Of a DNA stretch of 64,000 nt, positions 1 to 10,773 are shown in pieces. The DNA comes from Patescibacteria group bacterium. GTDB lineage: Bacteria; Patescibacteriota; Patescibacteriia; UBA1558; UBA10009. The DNA is taken from NCBI GenBank assembly GCA_041662565.1, contig JBAZSE010000005.1:402-64401 (forward strand), written 5' to 3'. The position numbers and the translations under genes are program-made. Below the pieces are notes generated by a model. It was not told the origin of the DNA. It did not search any database and was given only the letters and a program-made list of their open reading frames with translations. The first letter of the stretch is position 1. Each line of letters starts with the position of its first letter.

Positions 1-1602
1 GGCAAGTGGCTGGAAGGGGCGCGCGATTGGTCTATTTCTCGTCAGCGGTTTTGGGGTTCGGTAATGCCAATTTGGGTTTGCAAGGAGTGTGGTGAAAAAA
101 AAGTTTTTGGTTCGGTTGAGGAATTAGAGCATGCTTCCGGCAGGGAAGTTAATGATTTGCATAAGCACGTAGTTGATTTGATTACCGTGCCGTGCCCCAA
201 CTGTAAAAATAACATGAACAGAATTCCTGATGTATTGGATTGCTGGTTTGAATCCGGTTCTATGCCTTACGCCCAATTGCATTATCCTTTTGAAAATAAA
301 GAAAAATTTGAACATAATTTTCCAGCTGCTTTTATTGCCGAGGGCGCGGACCAAACCAGAGCTTGGTTTTATTATTTGCATGTTTTAGCCGTAGGCATCA
401 AGGGTAAAGCGGCTTTCAAAAATGTGGCGGTTAACGGTATTGTGTTGGCTGCTGATGGCAAAAAAATGTCCAAAAAGCTTAAAAATTATCCGGACCCAAT
501 GGAGATGATTAATAAATATGGCGCCGATGCCATGCGTTATTATTTAGCCACCTCGCCGGTTTTAAAAGCCGATGATTTGTGTTTTGCCGAACATGATTTA
601 GCCACTGTTTATAAAAAGGTTTTTATTATTTTGGGAAATGTTGTTTCGTTTTACAAAATGTATGAGCCGCAAACGGCAAATTCTTTATTCTCCGAACCCG
701 TCGAATCGGCGGGGAAGAGGGCTAAGATCCAAATTCCAAGATCCAAAAATATTTTGGACGAATGGATTTTAGTTAAGCTTGCTGTTTTGAATCAAGAAAT
801 TACAACTGCGTATAAAGGTTATGATTTGGTTGGGGCTGCGCGGCCACTGGGTGATTTTATTGATCAACTTTCTACTTGGTATTTAAGGCGTTCCCGCGAA
901 AGGTTTAAAGGAGAGGATGAAGATGATAAACAAAATGCCTTGGCAACTTTTAAATATGTTTTGTCAGAATTGTCGTTGTTAATGGCTCCGGTAATGCCGT
1001 TTACCGCCGATTGGCTTTATAAAGAAGCGGGCGGGGCTAAACAATCTGTCCATCTTGAAAGTTGGCCTGTTGATTTTATTAAACATGATGAAAAAGTTTT
1101 AGCTAATATGGAAGCAGTCAGAAAGATTGTGGAATTGGCTTTAGCTAAACGTGATGAAGTTGGTATTAAAGTCAGACAGGTTTTGGGTAGCTTAAAGCTC
1201 AAAACGCAAAGTTTAAAACTAAGGGATGAATATCTAAATTTAATCAAAGACGAGGTTAATGTCAGAGAAGTGAAATTCATCAAAGGAACGTCCGATAATC
1301 TTGAAGTTGAATTGGATACGGTTTTAACGGAAGAATTAAAAGCCGATGGTTTGTACCGGGAATTAATTAGAACCATCAACCAGTTGCGCAAAGAAGCCGG
1401 CCTAACCATTCAAGATAAAGTTAGCGTTTTTTATCAAACAAATTCTTTATTGGTTAAAAGCGCCATTACTCAATTTAATGCGGAGCTTTTAAAAAATACT
1501 TTAAGTTTAAGTTGGCAAGAAAGCAAAGCGGGGGATTGTTTAATTACCAAAGAGGCGGAAGTTAATGGCGAGATTGTTAATTTATCATTGGTTAAAGTTT
1601 AA
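1..1602 (+). CDS. ileS: Isoleucine--tRNA ligase (type 2), 5'-truncated by window edge
   Basis: Frame open from base 1 (DWSISRQRFWG); CWFESGSMPYAQ, GADQTRAWFY, KMSKK motifs. Confidence 0.96.
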   Translation, partial: GKWLEGARDWSISRQRFWGSVMPIWVCKECGEKKVFGSVEELEHASGREVNDLHKHVVDLITVPCPNCKNNMNRIPDVLDCWFESGSMPYAQLHYPFENKEKFEHNFPAAFIAEGADQTRAWFYYLHVLAVGIKGKAAFKNVAVNGIVLAADGKKMSKKLKNYPDPMEMINKYGADAMRYYLATSPVLKADDLCFAEHDLATVYKKVFIILGNVVSFYKMYEPQTANSLFSEPVESAGKRAKIQIPRSKNILDEWILVKLAVLNQEITTAYKGYDLVGAARPLGDFIDQLSTWYLRRSRERFKGEDEDDKQNALATFKYVLSELSLLMAPVMPFTADWLYKEAGGAKQSVHLESWPVDFIKHDEKVLANMEAVRKIVELALAKRDEVGIKVRQVLGSLKLKTQSLKLRDEYLNLIKDEVNVREVKFIKGTSDNLEVELDTVLTEELKADGLYRELIRTINQLRKEAGLTIQDKVSVFYQTNSLLVKSAITQFNAELLKNTLSLSWQESKAGDCLITKEAEVNGEIVNLSLVKV

Positions 1603-1640
1603 GTTTTTAGTTTTATCGAGCTAAGCTCGATTAAGTTTTG
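1602..1640. repeat. 39-nt palindrome-in-heptamer repeat (TCGAGCTAAGCTCGA core)
   Basis: Reverse complement matches 12560-12598 inside metG at 35/39 nt. Confidence 0.8.
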
Positions 1641-1650
1641 AATTTTTGCC

Positions 1651-2328
1651 ATGTCCATTTTTTTAAATACCGAGGCCATTGTTTTAGCCAAATTGCCCCT
1701 TAAAGAGGCCGACCGTTTATACATTTTATTCACTCCCGAATTCGGCAAAATAGAAGCGCAAGTAAAATCGGCGGTTACCAGCAAAAGCAAATTAGCCGGA
1801 TCGTTAGAGCCGATTTCGCAAGCTAAAATAATGATTGTTAAGGGCCGGCACCTTGAAAGCGTAGCCGGTGCTCAGCTGTTACAGCGTTTTAATTTTAGCG
1901 AGCCCTTAATTTTTGGCCAAATCGGTTTGGTTAGGGAATTATTTATTAAATTGCTTAAGCCCGAAGTTAAAGAGCCCGTGTTGTATCAAAATTTATTAAG
2001 TTATCTTTCTGCCATGTCCGGAAGCGCCGAACTTGAAGCCAAAAGATTTTTAACACAAAGATTTATTTGGCAACTCCTTAATATCAGCGGTTTTAGCGGA
2101 ATAACTGATGATACCTTGTATTTGCATTCTGCCCATGGCCAAAATCAGGATATTTCCGGTTTGGATTTACCAACCCGGGAGTTGCTAAAAAACTGCCTCT
2201 TGCTCGAACCCCAACCTTTACAAGTGGCTGATAATTTGTTACAAAAACTAGAGAACTTTACGCGAACATATTTAAGGCAGATTTTAGAGCGGGATTTAAA
2301 TTCATTTTATTTTAATCTATCACTTTGA
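1651..2328 (+). CDS. recO: DNA repair protein RecO
   Basis: N-terminal OB fold TEAIVL...EADRLYILFTPEFGKI...SKLAGSLEP. Confidence 0.88.
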   Translation: MSIFLNTEAIVLAKLPLKEADRLYILFTPEFGKIEAQVKSAVTSKSKLAGSLEPISQAKIMIVKGRHLESVAGAQLLQRFNFSEPLIFGQIGLVRELFIKLLKPEVKEPVLYQNLLSYLSAMSGSAELEAKRFLTQRFIWQLLNISGFSGITDDTLYLHSAHGQNQDISGLDLPTRELLKNCLLLEPQPLQVADNLLQKLENFTRTYLRQILERDLNSFYFNLSL

Positions 2329-4226
2329 TGTTTAACGATAATCGGAAAAAAAATCACGGGCTGGTTGATTTGCGATCAGCCAATGTGGTTAAAAAAGCTG
2401 CCACCTCTGCCCCAAAGCATGATGATTTTTTAAGCACGCCCCACGGCCCGGAACACCGTAAAATTACCCGCCGGCCGATTAAAAAGCGCTCGTCTTTTTT
2501 ATTGTTTTTAATCGTTTTACTGCTTGTTTTAGCCGGCGCTTCTATTGCCAGTTTTTTTATCTTTGATCAAGGAAAAGGCGATCAATCATTGCGCTTAACT
2601 TTAGCCGCCGCTAAAAGCGTTTCTTCGGGGGAAGAAGTAACCCTGGAAATCGGCTACGAAAATTTGGATACCATTGCTTTACAAAAAATGCAGGTGGTGG
2701 TGGAATATCCCAAGGGCTTTTATTTTAATTCCGCCTCACAGGAACCCGTTAATCAAGAGAGTAATATTTGGAATTTGCCGGATTTGGGAGTTGGACAAAA
2801 AGGTACGCTTTCTATTAATGGTCAGTTGATTGGCAAGGTAGAGGAAAATAAAGAATTTAAAATGACTTTTCAGTATCGCCCGAGTAATTTTAATTCCGAT
2901 TTCAGCGAAACTCTTGCCAAAGCCATTAAGATTAGCCAGACCTTGTTTCCTGTAAATTTAACGGCACCTGAAAAAATTGAAGAAGGCCAAACAGTAAATT
3001 TTAAAGGCGATTTTAAAAATGAAGCCAAGCAGGATTTAAATAATTTATTTTGGAGTTTTGATTTAGGCGAAGCTTTTATGCCTTTGTCTTTAACTCCAAC
3101 CACTTCCATAAACTACCAATGGTCTTTACCCGCATTGCCACCAGGTGAAAAAAAAGATATTTTGGTTGAAGGAAAAATAAATTCCGCAGTTGCCAACCCC
3201 TTGCCTTGGTATTTTAAAATCTGGCAGAAAGTTGATTTTAAAGGCAATCAGCAGGAACGTATTCTATACGAGCAATCAGGCCAAGTTGAAGTTGTTGCGC
3301 CGGTTTTAAAAGTTGGCTTGGAACTTTCTTCACCCGATAAAAAAATCAATTGGGGCGATGAAGTTGATTTAAAGCTGACTTACGAAAATATAGGCAAGAT
3401 TGATGTTAAGGAAGCGGTGTTAAAATTAGCTTTAAACCAGTATATTGATTGGCCAAGGTACAAAAACCAAACCAATGCCACCATAGATGGTAACACTTTA
3501 ATTTGGCTTTCCAAAAGCGGAAATGCCACTGTTGGCCTTTCAAATATCCCAGTTGGCACAAAAGGCGAACTTTTGATAACCGTACCGTTTGTTTTGGAAC
3601 CTAAGGATTTAATGGATTATTCGCCCGATGAAGCCAAGTTGGAGGCAACAGCTTCGGCTATGATTAAATATAATGATCAGGAGTTGAATTTTAACAGCGA
3701 AAAATTGCTTTTGCCTTTAATCAGTGCGGCGCGTTTGCAGGCCGAGGCCAGGTATTATTTGGATTCAACCCCGCTAAGCGGGGCAAGTACCAAAGTAGGC
3801 AGCGGTCCTTTGCCTCCGGTAGTTGGTCAAGAAACAAAATATCGGATTTACTGGAAGCTATTTACCGGCTCAAGCGGTTTAAGCAACGTGGCGGTTAAAG
3901 CCAGCTTGCCTTCTTATATTAATTTTGTTGGGGGCGCTGATAATCCCACCTTGGGCACACCTTTAAAATTTGATTCCGCCACGCGTGAAGTTTCGTGGGA
4001 AATTAATGAGGCAGCGCCTAACACCGGTTTAATGGCTAGTTTTGATGTTAGTGTTAAACCCTCAACCGATCAGGTTAATCAATTGCTAATCTTAAGCAAT
4101 CCCGCCATGCTTAACGCCCAGGAAAAAGATAGCAATAATTTTATTTCCAAAACCACAAATTTGTTAACTTCCGATTTAACAGCCGATTTGCAAGCCAAGG
4201 GCAAGGGCAGGGTAATGGTAAAATAA
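2328..4226 (+). CDS. Membrane-anchored hypothetical protein with repeated Ig-like (DUF11-like) beta-sandwich domains
   Basis: Basic stretch plus one TM helix, then repeated GEEVTLEIGYEN / GDEVDLKLTYEN / GQETKYRIYW units; ATG overlaps recO stop (TGATG). Confidence 0.7.
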   Translation: MFNDNRKKNHGLVDLRSANVVKKAATSAPKHDDFLSTPHGPEHRKITRRPIKKRSSFLLFLIVLLLVLAGASIASFFIFDQGKGDQSLRLTLAAAKSVSSGEEVTLEIGYENLDTIALQKMQVVVEYPKGFYFNSASQEPVNQESNIWNLPDLGVGQKGTLSINGQLIGKVEENKEFKMTFQYRPSNFNSDFSETLAKAIKISQTLFPVNLTAPEKIEEGQTVNFKGDFKNEAKQDLNNLFWSFDLGEAFMPLSLTPTTSINYQWSLPALPPGEKKDILVEGKINSAVANPLPWYFKIWQKVDFKGNQQERILYEQSGQVEVVAPVLKVGLELSSPDKKINWGDEVDLKLTYENIGKIDVKEAVLKLALNQYIDWPRYKNQTNATIDGNTLIWLSKSGNATVGLSNIPVGTKGELLITVPFVLEPKDLMDYSPDEAKLEATASAMIKYNDQELNFNSEKLLLPLISAARLQAEARYYLDSTPLSGASTKVGSGPLPPVVGQETKYRIYWKLFTGSSGLSNVAVKASLPSYINFVGGADNPTLGTPLKFDSATREVSWEINEAAPNTGLMASFDVSVKPSTDQVNQLLILSNPAMLNAQEKDSNNFISKTTNLLTSDLTADLQAKGKGRVMVK

Positions 4227-4236
4227 GAAATTGTTC

Positions 4237-4376
4237 TTGCTTTGCTCCGGATGAAATTAAATTTTCCATACTCGCACCCTCCTTCGTCTCGCCAGGGTCT
4301 CGCCTGCAGCTCGCCCTGGCTCGCTTGGGGGCACCCGCTCGTATGAAGAAAATTTAATTTCATCCGTCGCTCGCAA
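4237..4376 (-). repeat. Long fold-back intergenic element, copy A
   Basis: Arms CGGATGAAATTAAATTTTC / GAAAATTTAATTTCATCCG; near reverse complement of 8287-8426. Confidence 0.9.
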
Positions 4377-4395
4377 ATCTTTTTAAAACATTGTT

Positions 4396-5538
4396 ATGTC
4401 TTTTAAACTTTTAAAAACCAGTAAACATTCCCAAGCCCGCTTGGGTGTTTTAAAAACCGCTCATGGCAATATCCAAACGCCTTTTTTTATGCCCATTGCA
4501 ACACGGGGCGCTGTTAAAACCTTAAGGGCTTCAGACATCAAAAAATTGAATGCCGAAATTGTTTTGGGCAACACTTATCATTTATTTTTTAAGCCGGGTT
4601 TAAAGATATTAAAAAAAGCGCAAGGGCTTCATAAATTTATGGATTGGACTGGCCCTATTTTAACCGATTCAGGCGGGTATCAGGTTTTTTCGCTCGGGGG
4701 CAATAAGGATTTTGGCTCGTCTCATAAAAATTTGGTTAAAATAACTTCAGCCGGCGTGGAATTCAGATCGGTTTACGATGGCAGTAAACATTTGTTTACG
4801 CCCAAAAAAGTTTTGGAAATCCAGGCCATGATCAATTCCGACATTAGAATGGTTTTGGATGTTTGTTCGCCATCCAATTGTTCGCGCGAGCAGGCCGAAA
4901 AGGATTTGGAAATTACATTAACTTGGGCAAAGATCAGCTCAAAACTAATAACAAAAAATTCAAAACATTTATTATTTGGCATTGTTCAGGGCGCTTTGTA
5001 TAAGGATTTACGCTTAAAATGCGTTCAAGAGTTGGTTAAATTGAATTTCGACGGCTATGCGTTGGGCGGTTTGGCGGTGGGCGAAACACCCCAAGAAATG
5101 TATAAAGTTTTGGATTACGCCTCACCTAAAATGCCAGCAGATAAACCCCGCTATTTAATGGGCGTTGGTTACCCCGAGCAGATTGTGGAGGCGGTAAAAA
5201 GAGGGATGGATATGTTTGATTGCGTTATTCCAACCAGAGAGGCTCGTCATGGTAGATTATATTATTTTAATTTAAAGCCAAAAGCTAAAAACTTAAAGTT
5301 GGATAAAGATTTTTATCAAACTATTAATATAAAGTCGGAAAAATTTTCTAACGACATGTCGGCGATAAATGTAAATTCCAAAATTCCCGAACTTAAAAAT
5401 TATACCAAGGCCTACTTAAGGCATTTGTTTAGCGTGGAAGAACCGCTTGCTTTGCAACTTGCCACTTTAAATAATGTGGAATTTTATCTTCAGCTTATGG
5501 CTGAGATTAGAAACAGCATTAAAATTAACCGATTATAA
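4396..5538 (+). CDS. tgt: tRNA-guanine transglycosylase
   Basis: TPFFMP, NTYHL, TDSGGYQVFS, GIVQG, GGLAVGE, DMFDCVIPTR. Confidence 0.97.
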   Translation: MSFKLLKTSKHSQARLGVLKTAHGNIQTPFFMPIATRGAVKTLRASDIKKLNAEIVLGNTYHLFFKPGLKILKKAQGLHKFMDWTGPILTDSGGYQVFSLGGNKDFGSSHKNLVKITSAGVEFRSVYDGSKHLFTPKKVLEIQAMINSDIRMVLDVCSPSNCSREQAEKDLEITLTWAKISSKLITKNSKHLLFGIVQGALYKDLRLKCVQELVKLNFDGYALGGLAVGETPQEMYKVLDYASPKMPADKPRYLMGVGYPEQIVEAVKRGMDMFDCVIPTREARHGRLYYFNLKPKAKNLKLDKDFYQTINIKSEKFSNDMSAINVNSKIPELKNYTKAYLRHLFSVEEPLALQLATLNNVEFYLQLMAEIRNSIKINRL

Positions 5539-5549
5539 AAAATAATTTT

Positions 5550-5792
5550 ATGAAAGAAAAATTATTTAGTTCCGGCGAAGCGCCGGAAGATGTAACTTTA
5601 AATCAAAGAGTTGCTAATCACGAAGGCCAAGAAGGCACAGTTACAGAAGTGATTACACCATTTTCAGTTCGAGTGGAATTTGATAATGGAGATACTTTTT
5701 TGTATAATCCGGCCCAATTGAAAAAAATTCTCAAGCACGGCGAAATTGTAGATGTTGATTTTAGCCAAAAATTAACGGGCACTAATAATTAA
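5550..5792 (+). CDS. Small hypothetical protein, possibly SH3/KOW-like beta barrel
   Basis: 80-aa ORF filling the gap; RV...GQEGTVTEV...VRVEFDNG pattern. Confidence 0.6.
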   Translation: MKEKLFSSGEAPEDVTLNQRVANHEGQEGTVTEVITPFSVRVEFDNGDTFLYNPAQLKKILKHGEIVDVDFSQKLTGTNN

Positions 5793-5854
5793 AAGTAATG
5801 CCAAGATGCTTAAAATATGCTAAAATTTAAAATAATACTTAGCATTATAATATT

Positions 5855-6805
5855 ATGAAAATAACGGTTTTAGGTGCAGGCAGATGGGGTTCTTTGTTGG
5901 CTTGGGTTCAAAACCAGACCGGCCGGCAGGTAATTTTGTGGAATCGCCAGGATGAATTATTGGCCGAATGGCTAAAGATGGGCAAAAACAAGTATTTAAC
6001 TTTACCTTCGCAAGTTAAACTTACCGCCGATTTGGCTTTGGCTTTAAAAAACGACATTATTTTTATTGCCGTTAGGGCCCAGCATTTTAGGGATTTATGC
6101 CTGCAATTAAAAAAGCTTCAACCCAAAAATAAGTTGTTTATTTTAGCTATGAAGGGTTTAGAAGAAAAAACCGGCAAACGCTTATCCCAGATATTTTTTG
6201 AATATTTCCATCAGTCAAATTCACTTGGCGTTTTAGCCGGCCCGGGCCATCCTCAAGAAATTTCTCAAAATATTCCCACCATCATGACTTGCGCCGCTTT
6301 AGACCAAAAAGATTTGCCGGCTGTGGTTAAGGCCTGCCAAACTCCGCTGATGAAAATTTTTCCGCAAACCGATTTGTTGGGCGTGGAAGTTGGCGCGGCT
6401 TTAAAAAATGTCATCGGCTTGGCCGGGGGGTTGCTTGTTGGTTTGGAAAAAAAATCATTTAAAAGCTATTTATTGTCTCGCGGTCCGGTTGAGGTGGGTA
6501 ATTTAATTAAGGCCATGGGCGGAAAATATCAAACGGCTTTTGGCTTATCCCATTTGGGCGATTACGGCGCCACGGTTTTTTCGGGCTTTAGTTATAACCA
6601 TCAAGCCGGAGAATTATGGATTAAAGAACGCAAATTATCGTCCATAGCCGAAGGTTTGCCCACTTTAAAAGCCGTTAATTTGTTGGCAAAAAAATATAAA
6701 GTAAAAATGCCGATTTGCGAAGCAATTTATAAAATTTTTTACGGCAATATTTCCGCAAACAAATTTATTGATATTTTGCTGAAAAGAAAAACGGAATCTG
6801 ATTAA
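5855..6805 (+). CDS. gpsA: NAD(P)H-dependent glycerol-3-phosphate dehydrogenase
   Basis: GAGRWG Rossmann, KGLE, GP, GVEVGAALKNV, GLSHLGD. Confidence 0.9.
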   Translation: MKITVLGAGRWGSLLAWVQNQTGRQVILWNRQDELLAEWLKMGKNKYLTLPSQVKLTADLALALKNDIIFIAVRAQHFRDLCLQLKKLQPKNKLFILAMKGLEEKTGKRLSQIFFEYFHQSNSLGVLAGPGHPQEISQNIPTIMTCAALDQKDLPAVVKACQTPLMKIFPQTDLLGVEVGAALKNVIGLAGGLLVGLEKKSFKSYLLSRGPVEVGNLIKAMGGKYQTAFGLSHLGDYGATVFSGFSYNHQAGELWIKERKLSSIAEGLPTLKAVNLLAKKYKVKMPICEAIYKIFYGNISANKFIDILLKRKTESD

Positions 6806-6827
6806 TTTGGCGGAATTCTTACAGGGC

Positions 6828-6857
6828 TTGCCAAAGTGCCTATTTTTCTATTATAAT
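6828..6857 (+). promoter_or_regulatory. sigma70-type promoter of glyQS
   Basis: TTGCCA-N18-TATAAT. Confidence 0.55.
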
Positions 6858-6901
6858 AAAGCTAATCTTTAACAGATTAGCTTAATTTTTTTTAAGACAT
6901 T

Positions 6902-8284
6902 ATGACTAAAAACATTCAAGAAGAAGGTGCTATGGATAAACTGGTTTCTTTGGCCAAAAGGCGGGGTTTTGTTTTTCAATCCTCCGAACTTTACGGAGGC
7001 ATCAATTCCATCTACGATTTCGGCCCCTTGGGCGTGGAATTAAAAAATAATATCAAGCGTGAATGGTGGAAAGCCATGGTTCAATGTCGGGATAATGTAG
7101 AGGGCCTGGATTCGGGCATTTTAATGCATCCCAAAATTTGGGAGGCCAGCGGGCATTTGGCCGGTTTTACCGATCCCTTGGTTGATTGTAAAGCTTGCAA
7201 AAAAAGATTTCGAGCCGATCATTTGCTGGAATCCAAAGGTTTAAAACCCGATTTTAGACCGGTTAGTTTTGCCCAAGAAGGCATTGCCTGTCCGGAATGC
7301 GATGGCGAGCTTACCAGTGTTAGGGATTTTAATTTAATGTTTAAAACCCAAATGGGTGCGGTTGAGGGCCAAACAGCCGAAATATATTTAAGGCCCGAAA
7401 CCGCACAGGGCATTTACGTTAATTTTTTGAACGTTTTAAATTCTTCCAGGCAAAAAGTGCCGTTTGGCATTGCCCAAATCGGTAAGGCCTTTAGAAATGA
7501 AATAACCCCGGGCAATTTTATTTTTAGGATGCGCGAATTTGAACAGATGGAAATGCAGTTTTTTGTTAAACCCGAAGATGCCACCAAGTGGTTTGAATAT
7601 TGGCAGCAGCAAAGAATGAATTGGTATCTGGATTTAGGGGTTAATAAGGATAAATTAAAATTCAGGCAGCACCGTAGCGATGAATTGGCTCATTACGCCA
7701 AAGCGGCGGTTGATGTGGAATATGATTTTCCGTTTGATCAGCGTGAAATGGAAGGCATCCATAACCGCGGAGAATGGGATTTATCGCGCCACCAACAATT
7801 TTCCGGCAAAGATCTTCATTACCAGGATTTGTTAACCAAAGAAAAATTCATTCCTTACGTGATTGAAACATCCGGCGGTGTTGACAGGGCCACTTTAATG
7901 TTTTTGCTTAATGCCTATACCGAGGTAGAAACCAGAAGCGGGGATGAAGAAGCCAAGCATGAAACCGAGGTGGTGTTAAAATTGGATAAAAGATTAGCCC
8001 CGATTAAAGTGGCTATTTTACCCTTGTCCAAAAAATTGTCCGAACCGGCCATGGAGATTTACAAAGATTTACGCCAAAATTATCGCTGTGATTTTGATGA
8101 TTCCGGCAGTGTGGGCAAAAGGTACCGCCGCCAAGATGAAATCGGTACGCCGTATTGCATAACTTTTGATTTTGATTCGGTAGAAGACCATAAAGTAACG
8201 GTCAGGGATCGCGATACCATGGCGCAAGAAAGAATCGCTATTGCCGAGTTAAAGGATTATTTAAGAGAAAAATTAGGGTTTTAA
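6902..8284 (+). CDS. glyQS: Glycine--tRNA ligase (alpha2 type)
   Basis: YDFGPLG, LRPETAQG, GKAFRNEITP, REFEQME, GKRYRRQDEIGTP. Confidence 0.97.
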   Translation: MTKNIQEEGAMDKLVSLAKRRGFVFQSSELYGGINSIYDFGPLGVELKNNIKREWWKAMVQCRDNVEGLDSGILMHPKIWEASGHLAGFTDPLVDCKACKKRFRADHLLESKGLKPDFRPVSFAQEGIACPECDGELTSVRDFNLMFKTQMGAVEGQTAEIYLRPETAQGIYVNFLNVLNSSRQKVPFGIAQIGKAFRNEITPGNFIFRMREFEQMEMQFFVKPEDATKWFEYWQQQRMNWYLDLGVNKDKLKFRQHRSDELAHYAKAAVDVEYDFPFDQREMEGIHNRGEWDLSRHQQFSGKDLHYQDLLTKEKFIPYVIETSGGVDRATLMFLLNAYTEVETRSGDEEAKHETEVVLKLDKRLAPIKVAILPLSKKLSEPAMEIYKDLRQNYRCDFDDSGSVGKRYRRQDEIGTPYCITFDFDSVEDHKVTVRDRDTMAQERIAIAELKDYLREKLGF

Positions 8285-8286
8285 TA

Positions 8287-8426
8287 TTGCGAGCGACGGG
8301 TGAAATTAAATTTTCTTCATACGAGCGGGGCCCGCGAGCGAGCCCGGGCGAGTTTCAAACGAGACCCGGGCGAGACGAAGGAGGGTTGCGAGCATGGAAA
8401 ATTTAATTTTACCTGGAGCAAAGCAA
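8287..8426 (+). repeat. Long fold-back intergenic element, copy B
   Basis: Core CGAGCCCGGGCGAGTTTCAAACGAGACCCGGGCGAG between AT-rich inverted arms. Confidence 0.9.
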
Positions 8427-8439
8427 TGATTGCTAAATT

Positions 8440-9708
8440 ATGTTTAAACAAGAAAAGTTAGCTAATGGCATCCAATTAATTACCGCGCATCGGGCCGATA
8501 CCCAGGCGGTTACTGTCTTGGTTTTGGTTAAAATCGGTTCCAGATATGAATCATTGGATTTAAACGGAGTATCGCATTTTGTGGAGCATTTGCTGTTTAA
8601 AGGCACGCGCAAGCGGCCAAACAGTTTGGCCATTAGCCGAGCTTTGGATGGCATTGGCGCCGAATATAACGCTTTTACCGCCAAAGATCATACCGGCTAC
8701 TATATTAAAGCCAATAGCGAACATTTGGATCTGGCTTTGGATATGCTTTCCGATATGTTTTTTAATTCCGTTTTTGACGCGCGCGAAATGGATAAGGAAA
8801 GGGGAGTGATTGTTGAAGAAATCAACATGTATAACGATAATCCCTTAATGCTGATCAACGATATTTTTGAAGAAACGGTTTTTGCCGGGCATTCGTTGGG
8901 CAGGCGGATTAGCGGGCCCAAAGAAAATATTTTAAAAAAAATCAGCACCCCAGGTTTGGTAAAATTTTATCGCGACCACTATTTAAATAACCAAATCATT
9001 GTTGGCGTGGCCGGAAATTTTAATGAAGATTCAATTATTAAAAAAATCGGCGGTTATTTTAACAAGCCCCTAGCAAGCCACAAAGGCCATTCATTTGCCA
9101 AATTTTCTTCAACCCAAAAATCCCCCCGAGTTAATTTGCATTTTAAAGACACTTCACAAGTTCAGCTGGCTTTGGGTTTTCCGGGTTTTAAAAATACCGA
9201 TCCTCGAGTTTACGCTTTATCATTGCTGGCGGTTATTTTGGGCGGCAATATGAGTTCGCGTTTGTTTACGGAAATCAGAGAAAAAAGAGGTTTGGCTTAT
9301 TTTGTTAGGGCCAGTGATAGTTTTTACGAGGATTGCGGAAATTTTGTCATTCAAGCCGGCGTGGAACTTAACAGTTTGGAAAAAGCCATTAAAACAATTT
9401 TGGATCAGTTAAAAAAAGTTACTAAGCAACCGGTAGGAGAGGCCGAACTTAAGCGGGCTAAGGAATTTTTAAAAGGCAAGTTTGTTTTGCAGCTGGAAGA
9501 TAGCGCCGCTTTAATCAGTTGGCTAGGTGAGCAAAAATTATTAACCGGCCGTTTGGAAACAGTGCAAGAAAAATTGGCTAAGATCAATCGGGTTACAGCC
9601 CAGGAGATAAAAAAAGTAGCGGCCGAAGTTATTAATTTGGCCAAGATTAACTTGGCCTTAATCGGCCCGTTTAAAGATAAAGAAAAATTTTTAAAATTAC
9701 TAAAATAA
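8440..9708 (+). CDS. M16 family zinc metallopeptidase
   Basis: Inverted zinc motif HFVEH, NAFT, SSRLFTEIREKRGLAY. Confidence 0.95.
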   Translation: MFKQEKLANGIQLITAHRADTQAVTVLVLVKIGSRYESLDLNGVSHFVEHLLFKGTRKRPNSLAISRALDGIGAEYNAFTAKDHTGYYIKANSEHLDLALDMLSDMFFNSVFDAREMDKERGVIVEEINMYNDNPLMLINDIFEETVFAGHSLGRRISGPKENILKKISTPGLVKFYRDHYLNNQIIVGVAGNFNEDSIIKKIGGYFNKPLASHKGHSFAKFSSTQKSPRVNLHFKDTSQVQLALGFPGFKNTDPRVYALSLLAVILGGNMSSRLFTEIREKRGLAYFVRASDSFYEDCGNFVIQAGVELNSLEKAIKTILDQLKKVTKQPVGEAELKRAKEFLKGKFVLQLEDSAALISWLGEQKLLTGRLETVQEKLAKINRVTAQEIKKVAAEVINLAKINLALIGPFKDKEKFLKLLK

Positions 9709-9720
9709 TAAAATAATTTT

Positions 9721-10761
9721 ATGAATAACAACACAACCATCAATATTTCTACCGGCACTTTGATAAAAATTTTGATTTTTTTGGCAATCATTTCCTTTTT
9801 GTTTTTGATTAAGGAAGTACTGTTAATTTTATTGGTAGCTTTAATTTTAACCGCGGCCTTTAACCCCTCGGTGGATTGGCTGCACAAGCACAGGATCCCC
9901 AGGGGTTTGGGTATTTTAATAATTTACGCCGTGTTTTTTGCCACTTTAAGCACCGCCTTTATTTTAATTATTCCACCTATTTCTCGTGAAGTAACACAGT
10001 TATCCGAAAATTTCCCTTTTTATTACGAAAAAATCAGCGCCAGTTTCCAATCGTTCAGTTCTATTAGTAAATCCACGGCTACCGAACAGGTGCAAAACGG
10101 CTTAAATACTTTGGGTCAAAATTTGCCTCAGGCCTTATCCAACGTGGCTTCCACCATTTTTGATGTTTTTGGCGGTCTATTTTCCGCCATCCTGGTTTTG
10201 GTGATTACATTTTATTTAATCGTCCAAGAAGAGGCCATGAAGGGTTTTATCAAATTGCTCACCCCCGATAAAATTCAGCCCTACTTGGTTAGGATGCTTA
10301 ACCAGATTCAGCTAAAAATGGGTTTGTGGCTAAGGGGCCAGATTATTTTATCTTTGGTGATTTTTACCATGGTTTTTATCGGTCTAACTATTTTAGGCGT
10401 GCCTTATGCATTAGTGCTGGCTTTTTTGGCCGGTTTACTGGAAGTTGTGCCTTTCATTGGGCCTCTGGTTGCGGCCATTCCGGCGGTTTTCTTCGCTTTC
10501 ATGCAGTCGCCGATTATGGGCATTTCGGTTATTATTTTATTCGTTGTTGTTCAACAGTTGGAAAATAATTTAATCGTGCCTAAAATTATGAGCAAAGCCG
10601 TTGATCTTAATCCTTTGGTGGTGATCTTGGCGGTATTGGTTGGTGCCAAGTTGGGCGGTATTATCGGCGCTTTGCTGGCTGTTCCGGTTGCTGCCGGCTT
10701 ATCGGTGTTTATCAGGGATTTTATGGATAAAAGAATGGAAGAGGAAAATAAGCTGGCTTAG
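9721..10761 (+). CDS. AI-2E family transporter (PerM-like)
   Basis: Multi-TM; VPFIGP, QQLENNLIVPKIM, GALLAVP. Confidence 0.92.
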   Translation: MNNNTTINISTGTLIKILIFLAIISFLFLIKEVLLILLVALILTAAFNPSVDWLHKHRIPRGLGILIIYAVFFATLSTAFILIIPPISREVTQLSENFPFYYEKISASFQSFSSISKSTATEQVQNGLNTLGQNLPQALSNVASTIFDVFGGLFSAILVLVITFYLIVQEEAMKGFIKLLTPDKIQPYLVRMLNQIQLKMGLWLRGQIILSLVIFTMVFIGLTILGVPYALVLAFLAGLLEVVPFIGPLVAAIPAVFFAFMQSPIMGISVIILFVVVQQLENNLIVPKIMSKAVDLNPLVVILAVLVGAKLGGIIGALLAVPVAAGLSVFIRDFMDKRMEEENKLA

Positions 10762-10773
10762 AAAATAAATTGC

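Noticed and set aside
4079-4363. 94-aa minus ORF (also 54121..54525 and 43437..43754)
   Set aside because: Translations of repeat elements plus antisense of real genes
6859-6883. T-box upstream of glyQS, metG or pheS
   Set aside because: Only a short hairpin (AAGCTAATCT/AGATTAGCTT) before glyQS; no UGGNACC motif or terminator in these leaders
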